From Macrostomum lignano (taxonomy: Eukaryota), in assembly GCA_002269645.1 (NCBI GenBank), contig NIVC01003297.1:1-64000 (forward strand): a stretch of 64,000 nucleotides of DNA. Reading direction: 5' to 3'. Of this stretch, positions 27,807 to 38,957 are shown one piece after another. The notes under the pieces are model-generated. The model was not told the DNA's origin and searched no databases. It saw only the letters and a program-made list of their open reading frames with translations. Made by a program: the position numbers and the translations under genes. Position 1 is the first letter of the stretch. Every line of letters starts with the position of its first letter.

Positions 27807-28385
27807 GTGGGATGTCTGAGAATGTCAGCTAATGGGAGTTCTGAGACTTTCAGCTAATGGGAGTTCTGAGACTTTCAGCTAATGGGAGTTCTGAGAATTT
27901 CAGCTAATGGGAGTTCTGAGAATTTCAGCTAATGGGAGTTCTGAGAATTTCAGCTAATGGGAGTTCTGAGACTTTCAGCTAATGGGAGTTCTGAGAATGT
28001 CAGCTAATATGGTTTATGAGAATTTCAGCTAATGGGATTTCTGAGAATTTCAGCTAATATGGTTTATGAGAATTTCAGCTAATGGGAGTTCTGAGACTTT
28101 CAGCTAATGGGAGTTCTGAGAATGTCAGCTAATGGGAGTTCTGAGAATTTCAGCTAATATGGTTTATGAGAATTTCAGCTAATGGGATTTCTGAGAATTT
28201 CAGCTAATATGGTTTATGAGAATTTCAGCTAATGGGAGTTCTGAGACTTTCAGCTAATGGGAGTTCTGAGAATGTCAGCTAATGGGAGTTCTGAGAATTT
28301 CAGCTAATATGGTTTATGAGAATTTCAGCTAATGGGATTTCTGAGAATTTCAGCTAATGGGAGTTCTAAGAATTTTAGCTAATTT
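27807..28385 (+). repeat. 25-bp minisatellite (CAGCTAATGGGAGTTCTGAGAATTT)
   Basis: Direct inspection; about 22 units. Confidence 0.95.
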
Positions 28386-31300
28386 CATTAGAACATTAAG
28401 GATGAAGTGTTAAATTATCGCAGGGTGTATTTTTGCCATTGCCAATGTTGATAGCAGGCTGGCTGCAGAAGTGCTGGGCCTGACAGAGAGTTGGTTGAAA
28501 TGGACGTTTCGCTGCTTTTGTATGTCCCTGGTAGATTTCGTCCACTCTAATACGTGGGCAATCCAGAAGTTCATGGTAATTACCGGTGCATTTGTGCAGA
28601 TTAAGGAACAGACTTTGTATCAGTATCCCCGTTGATTAGAGTTTGAATTCTACTAATTTGTGAAATTATTGGACTCATTTTCCAGGCGATATGGAAATTC
28701 AATCAATTAATGTTCTGATTGAGGAGTTGAGCAGAAGATAGACGTAATAATTCGATGGTAAAAGCTCAATAAGAGTCTTGTCCCAAGCGACAGGAAAATT
28801 CTGATTAATATTCTGATTGAGGGGTTGAGCCAGAGACAGTCTTGATAGTTCAGTAAGAGCCCTGTCCATATTCTGCTGAGGGGTTCGGCCAGAGAGTCTG
28901 GTAGTGCGGTGATAGAAGCTCAAACTAGCAGCCTTTTGTGGTGGGAGAAAATGTCTGATTGCATGAACTTTTGGAATGGCCCTCGTACATGCAAATGCAG
29001 CCAGAGGGGGTTTGAAGCAGCCTTTGCAAACCCCAGATAGTCTCTTGTGATGGCTTTAACTGATGGCTTGTGATGGTTGCTCATTAGTAATGCCTGAAAT
29101 TTACATGCCCTAAGTGAATGCCTCTGTCCAGCTGTGCAGACTAAAGCAAGCCAACAGGTGGTAAGATTGACACCAATGAAAAATTCGTAACAGAATTTGT
29201 GCAATGGTACCATCTTGTTGGCGAAGCCTTCTGCAAAAACACCTTAAATCTTATCCTTTTATGACTTTGCAGTTGTGAATATACAGAGTAAGTAATTTAT
29301 GACTTTGAAATTGTAAATATACAGAATAAATAAAAGGACTACTTGCAGTTGATTGAGTTTATAAATTTGCTTTTGTAATTACAGTGCAGAGTTGTTCTTG
29401 TTCTTTGTCCAAATACGCAGAGAAAAGGATTATTTGTTACTAATTAATGGGAGACTGCGCCCTAATTTGTGACTGTAGCTAAAGCATTTTAAAAAAGTTG
29501 CTTCTGCATTAAATATGTAGAAAATTTTACTGAATACAGTGTATTTCTTATCAGCCATTCTAATTTTTGGTTGGTTAGTTATAGATTTAGTATAGTTGGA
29601 TTACTTTAAATGCAGGTTTGGGCGTGTGATCAATATGTTGGCTGTAGGTTGCATTGTTTTACTTTAAGTACATTTAGTACGAGCGTAATATGTTTGTTCT
29701 ATTCGTTTCCGCCAATGACTGCGCCCCTCACCACCGGCTGGGGCGCAAATGAAGAAGTTATTCCGACACTGTACATTGCTAAGTACACGGGCGTGTCCCC
29801 CCTGGGGGAATAGGTAGGCGTATATGATAGTACAGTCTTGTCAGGCAGCTAGAAGTTTGGTTGAGAAATTTTTACCAAGCCTCTGGACTGGGGCGCCAAC
29901 GAACTCGAATTTATTCCTAGCACAATACATGCTATGTACGCTGGCCTATGCCGCGTATCCCCTAAGATCTGGGGTAATGAGTGAGTGAGAGTGGCCCAAT
30001 GCCAGAAAAAGCTATTATAGCGTCCATAGCCATAGAGACCATAGCGAACAAATTTGTAAACAGACAGAAGACTGGGTTCGTTCTAACATTTTAAATCTAT
30101 ACATTAATCACACACTCTTATTTCCGTAGTTATCGATGACGAATTTAGTCTACGAGTCGCACAGATATATTGCATCAATTAACCAGACTGAGTCCATGTA
30201 TTTCAAAGTTGCATGATTTGCAAAATGGGTCAAGCAAAGTCGTAAAATAACTAAAATGAAAACCTGCTAGAAAACTACAAGTTCCTAGATTTGAGTAAGT
30301 GAAATTAAAATTGCATTTTACGCTCGTAATTACCCTGTGAGTGAATAAAGATGAAAAGGGTTGGGGCACATGCGAACTGCAAGAAAGAACTGTAGCTAGG
30401 CTAGCTAGGAATTATTAGGCTATGCGAAAGTATTGGCTATTTGAGTCACAAATAAAAGTACAAAAGTAAAAAATCTAAATTACGGACACAATAACTTTAA
30501 GCAAGTCGAACAAATTAATGTAAGTCATTGTACCAGGCAATATCCACTATCAACTAACCACTGGCTCCAGTCACAATAGCCGATGCCAATGTTTGTATGC
30601 AAATATTAAAACAGTTAAGCGTACACAACTAAACTTGGTCCAACGCCAATGACGCCTCTGCATGATAGGCAACTGTGTTGTTGCCTTTGGGTAACAATAT
30701 TTTTTGCTGTTGCTGCTTTTCCAGCCATTGCAGAGCGTACTGGTAGAAGTAGTACGCAATTGCTCTGAAAGAAGGCAAGTATGGTTGAATTGTCAGTGTC
30801 AGTTATAAAATTCTGCACAAGCATGTTTTATTGGTATATAAGCCCAGAATTAAAATAAGAATTCGATTCCTAGCCCCCCTCCCTAAGAATTCTTTTCATT
30901 TTAAAGGATTTGTCCCTTGCTTATTGGCCACCCCGAAGGGGGGCGCTAGATTGCTAGTTTTTACTAATTATATACCGTGATCGCAAATTGTCAAAGCAGA
31001 ATCCACCTTGATCATGTGTAGTTCTATTGTTAAAGCACACTTGGCAAAAGAATAATGATCGCATTAATTTGCAGGGAAGACTTTTTTCAGTGGGCTCTTG
31101 CGCTGGCGAGTCTACATGTATACACTAAATTCCTAATTCCCAAGAGTGAGAGTTAAAAATGGAAAATGGCAGCTCAGTCGGCTATTGCGCGGTGCATCTG
31201 AAGGCTGCGTACGGCTGTTCAGTCCAATGATCGCCGCACATCCTCAATTGCCCCAGCTAATTCTGGCACCCATTTTACAGCTGCGTAATAGCAATGCAGA

Positions 31301-31619
31301 GTTAAGTGTCCTGCTCAAGGGCACAAATTGTTCCAGTGAGATCGGGAATCGAATATTGAACCCCGACCTCCCAGTCGAGGATCCGACACTGTATAACCAC
31401 TAAGCCCCCTCTGGAAAATAAACAAGATAACACCACAAGATACTTCGGGTGTGTCATAAGTAATGTCACTGCAGGCCTCTGTCTAAAATATGTAGGCACA
31501 TGGACTTGTGGGTAGTGTAGCTGCAAAGTATACTTAGTGAAGCAATACCAGTGCATTTGAGACGTGCATAGGTTGTTTATAGCCCAAGCTATCGCAAGAA
31601 TACGCCAAGCAGATTTAGC

Positions 31620-32340
31620 AAGTGCAACGCGATGAAAAATCGTCTATGCAGCGAACAAAAATCACCATGAATCTCGACAAGACGCCTGCATCAAGCAGAT
31701 CCGCAAGGTTTTCAGCAGGCGGGGCTTGAATGACATCCTAAACTGCCTGGTTGCTGAGGATGAAAGCTGGCTCCACCTGGATGGCAAGGGCAGCAAGGCA
31801 GACAATCGCTGCTGGCTGGGAGCTGGGGACTCCAGGGCGACTGTGACCAGGAAGTCCATCTTGGACAAGAAGACCATGCTGCTGGTAGCCTTCACGCCAA
31901 ATGAACGAGTCTCCATTTGCACAACTCCACCGAACACCAAAGTCGATGGCCAGTATTTTATCGACTTTATCCGGCACACTGTGGACCTCTGGCGCAATCT
32001 CCGGTAAAATCCATGTCACCTGGACGAGGTTCTGTGGCAGATGGACACCGCACGGCTGCACACCTGTAAGGCTGTTTCGAATGTTCTGCCTGCACGGCGA
32101 GTGAATCTGTTCTGACAGAGTCCCTACAGCCCGGACTTCAACTTGTGCAAGAGATTCCTGTTCAAATGGCTGAAGGCTGACTTTTCCAAGAAGAGTTTCG
32201 CAAACCATGAAGAGGTAAAACAGGCCGCGTTGCACTGGTTACGGCAGTTGGAGGAAAAACACCTGTAGGCTGAGGTGGACAAGCTGTATGAGCACTGCCA
32301 GAGGGTGATTGATATTGGGGGACTCTATGTTGTTGAGTGG
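31620..32340 (+). pseudogene. Mariner-type (DD34D) transposase relic
   Basis: VAEDESW, KKTMLLVAF, WQMDTARLH, QSPYSPDFNLCKRFLFKWLK, in one frame with stops at 32005, ~32113 and ~32266. TIRs not identified. Confidence 0.85.
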
Positions 32341-33539
32341 TACAGTTTTGTTCATCTGCGATTGCAAGTTCGTCTGTTTTCACATCAGTGACATTACTTA
32401 TGACACACCCGAAGTAGTCTGCGAATCTTGTCAGATTCACTACCGATTTCCTTGTTTGGGGTGCGAAACTGGTGAAACCAACGGATTCGTCACCAGGTGA
32501 TCTTTGTGAATTTCACCAGATAACATGGCCCGAATCTTGCTTAGAAATCATTACATGACAAGATTCGTCACCAGATAATTTTTGTTTGACTGTTTGACTG
32601 TTATCTGGTGAGTTATCTGAATTTCACAGGATAACATGGCTTGAATCTTGTTTGAAAATTGGATAACAATACAAGATTTCAATCAAGATAACTGTGTGTT
32701 ATCCGGGTCTGTAAGAAACCTGTGTGAATCTAAAATTCGCCAGATAACATGATGCGAATTTGGTTTGCAAACCAGATAATAGAACAAGTTTTCATCACGA
32801 TAACTTTATCAAATGGCTTAAGGCAGCTGCTATGCTGACCTGCGAGGGGTAAAGTGCTATATATCAGCAAACGCTGTGCAGGTGATAGCTTTGTTGGCTC
32901 TCCGACAAACTAATGCATTCTTATTGGGCTAGAGGTTTGACTCCTAATGACATGTAGTCTGTCGCTGTTATTTAGTGTATCAGATCACCCTATTGTCTGG
33001 TGCAGCTGGGTGTCTAGATGGAGCTGTGGCATGGTTCCAAAAGCTCCTACTGGCCCAGTGTCTAAGGTAGCCTTTTCTATTTTAAGACACGTTATTCTAG
33101 CTCTTGCTGGAGCATGCCCAATGGGTTGTCTAAAAGCGTCTACTGTGTTGGTGTATGGCCACAAGCGAGGGGTAATGGAACCCTGCTTCAACCGACGAAT
33201 CAGAGTTGAGCAGTTGACTGAAAATTCTGACCTGCGAGGGGATATCATCACGTCTGTTGTGGCTCAATGCAGCTGCTAAGAGTAGTCACTTTTATTTGAC
33301 TACGCGGGTCAATCTTTGATCCGAGGAGTCATAAAGCCTCGTGATGGAGTAGTCACTTTTATTTGACTACGCGGGTCAATCTTTGATCAGGAAAGAATCA
33401 GGAAATCGGCAAGTCGGGATTCGGCAAATGAGGAATTTCGGCAAATCGGGAATTTCGGCGAACCAGGAATCGGCGACTCGGGATTCGGCGAGCTGGGAAT
33501 CTGGATTCGGCGAATCGGGGGTAAACCGAGCATAGTATT

Positions 33540-34038
33540 GGTTTTGTCAGCCTAACTGAGAAAGAATAAAGCCATCCAAAGTGAGAATCCTGCCTACGCT
33601 GACTGCGAAGGGCCTGGCTGCGTGCAGCCTTAGTCTATGGGCCATAGACAATAAAGGACAAGCAAAGTGATAAAAAGCCATCCAATGTGAGAATCGATTG
33701 GTCTATGCGTCGTATTCTTTTATTTTTATACCTTCTGAGCCATATGACTAGCCAATAGCTTGAACGGAATAACGGAAACAGGAACACACTGGATGATGTC
33801 TTTTTAAAATTTTGCTTGTCCTTTATAGTCTATGGCTCATAGACTAGGCTGGACGCAGCTAGGCCCTTCGTATTCAGCGTAGGCAGGATTCTCACATTGG
33901 ATGGCTTTTTATCACTTTGCTTATCCTTTATAGTCTATGGCCCATAGACTAAGGCTGCACGCAGCCAGGCCCTTCGCAGTCAGCGTAGGCAGGATTCTCA
34001 CTTTGGATGGCTTTATTCTCAGTTAGGCTGACAAAACC
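33540..34038. mobile_element. Foldback/MITE with ~150-bp near-perfect TIRs
   Basis: GGTTTTGTCAGCCTAACTGAG..GCCATCCAATGTGAGAATC (33540-33695) is inverted to 33887-34038. Confidence 0.85.
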
Positions 34039-34654
34039 TATACCAGCTCACATCGGAATATGCCTTCAGCCAATAGGAAGGAACGGGGGAAAGGGATGCT
34101 ATAAGTGAAGATCGAGCGAGACAAAAATAACTGGCTCAGATTAGCACTCTATTTTATTCTTTCATCCATGGCTAAACCCCCCACTGCACATTTGAGTGGC
34201 ATCTTGTCTAGCTTTAGTAGTGCAAGTAACTAGCTGTTTATAAACGTATACCCCAGAGAATTTTGTTCTAATTTTAGTGTATGGATTGTCTATGGTCGAA
34301 AAGTAGGAGCTCGAGAATTTGGGATATTGGCAGGAAAACTGGGGTATGGACGTAATTTTCTATTACTATTATTGGCTTTAGCTTTAATAGCTACATTGGC
34401 TCTCTATATTAGCTCGGTACTCTTTGGGCTAAAGTGTAACGTAATTTCTTTGATGTATATTTTTATTTAGCGTGAGCGATCTCCACAAACAACGGAATTT
34501 GTCAGCAAACAGATCAGTGCGCTAGTTGTAAAGCAGGCACCTTTAAAATAACCATTTTTTCATTGATTTCGTACAAGTAAACTTAACAGCTACGATAATT
34601 TTAAAGCACAACTCTAAACTACGTGTACGCATGATAAAGTCTAGGATATAAACT

Positions 34655-35653
34655 CAAAGACTACTAACGTAGAAGCACGCAACACTCAAAATCTATGGAA
34701 AATGTTTTGAAGGCCACCTTTCGCCGAAAAATACACTAAGGAGCTAGATAGGAAGTTTTCATTTTTCAGCACAAAAACTGTTATTGCTTTCGATAGGAGG
34801 CAGACACAATGTTTATCTTTTGATGTGCTGTGCCTTTTTTATAGCTCTATAAAAATAGAGCTCTATAAAAAATGATATTTATAAAGCTTTTCGTTTAGAA
34901 TGCAAGGATTTATTGTAAATTAAAGAAAGGGAAAGAGCTAGGCGGTGGTTCTTATTATATTTGGTTAAAAGACAGCGGAGAAGAAGTAAGGAGAAGAATA
35001 AGAAGGTAAAGATTATCCGCAGTTGGCACCGTTTATTTATAGCCATCAGGAGCATCGCCGGAAACTTCTAGAATATTCTGAGCATTATAAAAAAACAAGT
35101 ATTAATTATTGATTCCTATTAGATTTGCATTAATTGTAGTACTGTTTAACTGTAATAAATTATACATTGAATATTTATAAATGCGAGTATTAGAATTAGT
35201 TACTGTGAGAAGAAATTTCGAGAATTTAATTTGTACTCCACGGGGAAATTTCTAGAAATAAATAATTCATAATTAATGCATCGAACTTTCGCAAAGGTCA
35301 CTACAAGAAAATTAGGATTCTTAATTTCTTATTCAAAATTTAATTGCATGTCCTGTGCCGAAAAACACAGGACTTGTCATTCTTAGCTGACTGTAACAAT
35401 ATGTGCAACAGAGATGATGAAATAGATTCATAAAACCAAAGATTTGAGCTGTGCCATGCATTTTTATGATTTTTAAGCACAACATATCAAAAGATGAACA
35501 TTAGGTCTGCCTTCTATCGAAAGCAATAACAATCTTTGTGCTGAAAATAAAAACTTCCTATCTCCGTAGTGTATTTTCGGCGAAAAGTGGCCTTCAATTT
35601 CCCATGAAACGTGAGTGTCGCGTCCTGTATATACGTTGCTTTAGTTGTCCTTG
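34655..35653. mobile_element. Non-autonomous element with ~180-bp TIRs and AT-rich core
   Basis: 34707-34833 is inverted to 35477-35597, and homology extends to 34655/35653. A related copy lies at 4913. Confidence 0.7.
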
Positions 35654-36491
35654 CATAAATTACACCTGGACTAAGTTTTTTAAATTCCCATTCTTGTGAA
35701 AAGGAGTACTTAGAGAAGATATATACACATTCCGATATCTTTTTGCTAAGCATATTGAACTATCTTGTTGAAAAACAAAAGTATATGAAAAAGCAGTCGA
35801 GCCTTTACGAATGAACTTATACCATTAGAGACAGACACAAATGAATAAACAAATACACTGTGGATTGGTTTGCATATATATTTTTTATAATTATCAAAAA
35901 TCAAACAGCAAAGCATCAAACATTTCTTACGCATGATGATGAGGTCCGATCTCCGCCGCACAAAAGCAACACCACTCTAGCTAAAGAGTAGTGAGATGGG
36001 AACCGTACGTTGCCAAAGCATGTCGAGTATCATATATCATAGAGATGAATAGCATGCATGACATGTACCGGTCAGGGAACACTGAATACATCAAAGTGAC
36101 ACTCCCAAAAACTGTTAAGTACTAAGCTATATAGAAACGATTCGACCTGGCCCGCCTCGGCCCCACTATTGGGGGTGCACTTCGATAGCTATATCAAGTG
36201 CAGCGTTCTCTGCACCGGCGCACTAATCTGAACATACACTAAAATACACTAGTTGTTGGATAGAAAGAGGCACTAGGGGTCGCAAATTCGGAAACACAAA
36301 GAACCTATTAATAAACACCGATACCCTCACTAGTTTCGCTGGTTATAATAAGCAAATTCACCAAATGGATCGCAAATAAAAAAATGAACTTTTGTTACAA
36401 ACTTTTATAAATACCATACGATCTCTTTCAGGATTCGAAAATGTAGGCAAAAAGAAAGCGTAGGCAAAAAGAAAGCTTACGCCAAATACAA

Positions 36492-37737
36492 TTAATCCAA
36501 ATTGAATGTTACGTGTCGCTCCATCGATTCCCGACGACTATTTAGACTGGAATCGACCTTGTCGGTTTCAGCTTTGGTTTCAGCGCTGCCGTCATTTCGT
36601 GAACCTCCTTCAACAGTGAAAGCTTCGCTTTCTGACGCCTGCACATCAGTATTATGTGGTAGCATTTCGTCCTCCGTCTGAGACGCCTCTAAACAGTCAA
36701 CTTTTTCAGAATCGGTTGTCATTTTCGGCAAGCTGTCGTTTGGTGGAAGCTGTTTTATCGACTCCCCCGTGCTGCTTGCTTCATCAACGACCCCGGTGTC
36801 GACGCTCTGAGTAGGCTTACTTTCCTGTTCATTCTCTGGGCTCAGAAAGGGCTTTAGCGGTTCACAAAGCGTTTCGATGTCAAGGCACCCAAACTCTCGC
36901 AAATCTGTAGCACGTTGCGTTGCCGTCAGACCTAGGTAGGCAGCCGCCATATCTTGATCGCACATTGAAACCAAGCAACGATTTGCGTGCGGAAGCAAGC
37001 ACTTCTTAAATGCGGTACAACATAGCGCAAAGCCTTGCCGCTCAGCAGGCGTCAAGGCACCCGTTTCACTCGAGTACCAGCCAGCCAGTACGGCTACTGA
37101 GCGCTGCATTAAGTCTGACACCGCACTGCAGAGGGCAGGCACTAAACAGACGCTCATGCAAGGCCGCAGCTCGTTAAGGCCGGTGAGCATTCCGTTAAGC
37201 AACACAGCCAGCGGAGGATAGTTAACAAGGTCATTTGGAGGCGGAATCTCATCAACATTAAAGCCCATTGATGCTTTTATTGACCCTCTGATATTGCTGC
37301 CATTGTCTTCATTGAACTCTTCTATGCCTGATCCGCTGTCCCAGTTTGCTGGTGCCACAGCAGTAGCTGGCAAGGCTAAGGCATACGAATACACGGCCGA
37401 GTGAAAATGCTTCAGTGCAATTTCAATGGAGACACGCAGCTGCGTCATGGCGGCCCGGCTAAATAAGTCCAGAAGATGGGGTCTAAAATCAGCTCCAATT
37501 TTAGCTAAACTAGCTCCGAAGTACATGCAGCAGGAGAGCAGCGACTCCAGGCGGCCGTTGGCTCCGGCCCCGCGGCCTAGGTCTCGCTCCAGGCACTCCA
37601 GGAACAAGCACACACGATGCGTAAGCCAGCAATGAAGAAGCCCGGACTCGCTTGCTGGACCATCAGCAGAAGATAGCAATGGATCCTGATCGGCAAACGC
37701 TGCCCGATAATGGGTCACTGTATCGAATATCATGCTC
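36492..37737 (-). CDS. COG8: Conserved oligomeric Golgi complex subunit 8, exon 3
   Basis: IFDTVTHYRAAFADQDPLL, LESLLSCCMYFGASLAKIGADFR, PPNDLVNYPPLAVLLN. Acceptor ctcacAG. Confidence 0.92.
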
Positions 37738-37941
37738 CTGTGAGTGGTGAGTGGGTAAATTGTGCATGGTTTGAGTCTCAAATCTAAGTACTGTTTTATT
37801 CATTATTTATTAAATTCACAGTAATAACAGCAGAAATCAAGCTGGTTAATAACAAATAACTTGAATTAGAACGCAGTGCCGTACTTAGCGCTATACCCTC
37901 ATTGCCAAGACAAAACCTTTTTAGAGGCATTTTTAACTCAC

Positions 37942-38333
37942 CTGGTGTCCTCAGCAGTCTGTCTAGCGTGCTGATAGGGGTCATCCTCTTGAAGAGCCGC
38001 GAGCTGTCCGCTCAGGTAAGCGTCTCTGGCAGCCAAAAAATGAAGCCGTAACTGGGGTTCTGGGTAGGCAGCCAGCCGGCGCAGGTAGCCTAGAAGACGC
38101 AGACAGTCGGGCAGTTGAAGCCGTCCAGAACGCAGACGACCCGCCACTTGCGCGAGCATCTGCTCACTGACTCGCTGAACCTCGTCCAATACGCTAGTTA
38201 CAACTTGTGCTTCAAGGAGACCGCGGCCACGCTCCAGTCGTTTTGCATAGCTGACCAGTTCGAGTGCCTCTTCCCAATAGTCGTTGCGCACACAAGTGTC
38301 CAAAAGTTGGGGAATTTCCAGCACTTCCAGTAC
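37942..38333 (-). CDS. COG8: COG8 exon 2
   Basis: VLEVLEIPQLLDTCVRNDYWEEALEL..LPDCLRLLGYLRRL..FLAARD. AG|GTGAG donor, phase 2. Confidence 0.93.
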
Positions 38334-38531
38334 CTACACAGCGTGGTTTGAGTATTTTACTTTAGTATTGAATTATAAGATTGTTACAGCTCTATTATGA
38401 TTTAATGAGGATTAAATATGTTCGGTTCCAATTGCAATAACCATCAAAGGACGGTACTTTATACACACACGGCCTTTAAATTAAAAACGAATGGCCTGAA
38501 TTATCGACACTATAATTATATCCAGTCCCAC

Positions 38532-38957
38532 CTGAGCATGACGATGCAATCCCAGCTGCACGCGCCTGCGACGGCTTGCCAGCTGGCCCACAGACTCCGA
38601 GAAGGCAGCGCACCGGCCAGTCAGACGAGGTAGCCGGTCTGATAGCAGTGACTCGACGGTGAACTCGACACGGCTTAACTCGACCGACAACGCCCGTGTG
38701 GCCTCGGCCGATCGAATGAAGACTGCGTAGTTGCGGGCCGCCGTTTCTTGTGCCTCACGAGCCAGTTCAGTGTGCCGCTGAGCCAATCGGCGGGGCTCAG
38801 CACGCAGCTGGTTTGCGCCCAGGTCTGTCAGCTGGCCAAGGCACTCGCGCAGAACTGGCGAGTCAAGCCAGGTAGTCGGAAGTCGGCCATGGCGGATTAC
38901 AAGTTCTGCTAGGCCCTCACTGTTACTGTTGCCGTCCCTATCGCCACTGGCAGACAT
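38532..38957 (-). CDS. COG8: COG8 exon 1 (total CDS 2064 nt, 687 aa)
   Basis: LRAEPRRLA..ARNYAVFIRSAE..DRLP..LHRHAQ. CAG|GTGGG donor; exon phases sum to a complete ORF. Confidence 0.9.

Larger units (their letters stand above)
19949..30957 (+). mobile_element. Decayed autonomous-type Helitron (element C, ~11 kb) carrying RepHel and RPA-like genes
   Basis: 5' TCCTATATACTAAAAATG with ~400 bp related to family A. 3' GCC(A)CCCC-GAA-GGGGGGC hairpin then GATTG-CTAG|T at 30957. Internal Rep/helicase coding. Confidence 0.8.

Noticed and set aside
36443-36478. 17-bp direct duplication GTAGGCAAAAAGAAAGC downstream of COG8
   Set aside because: A simple local tandem duplication or excision footprint; nothing further supports an element
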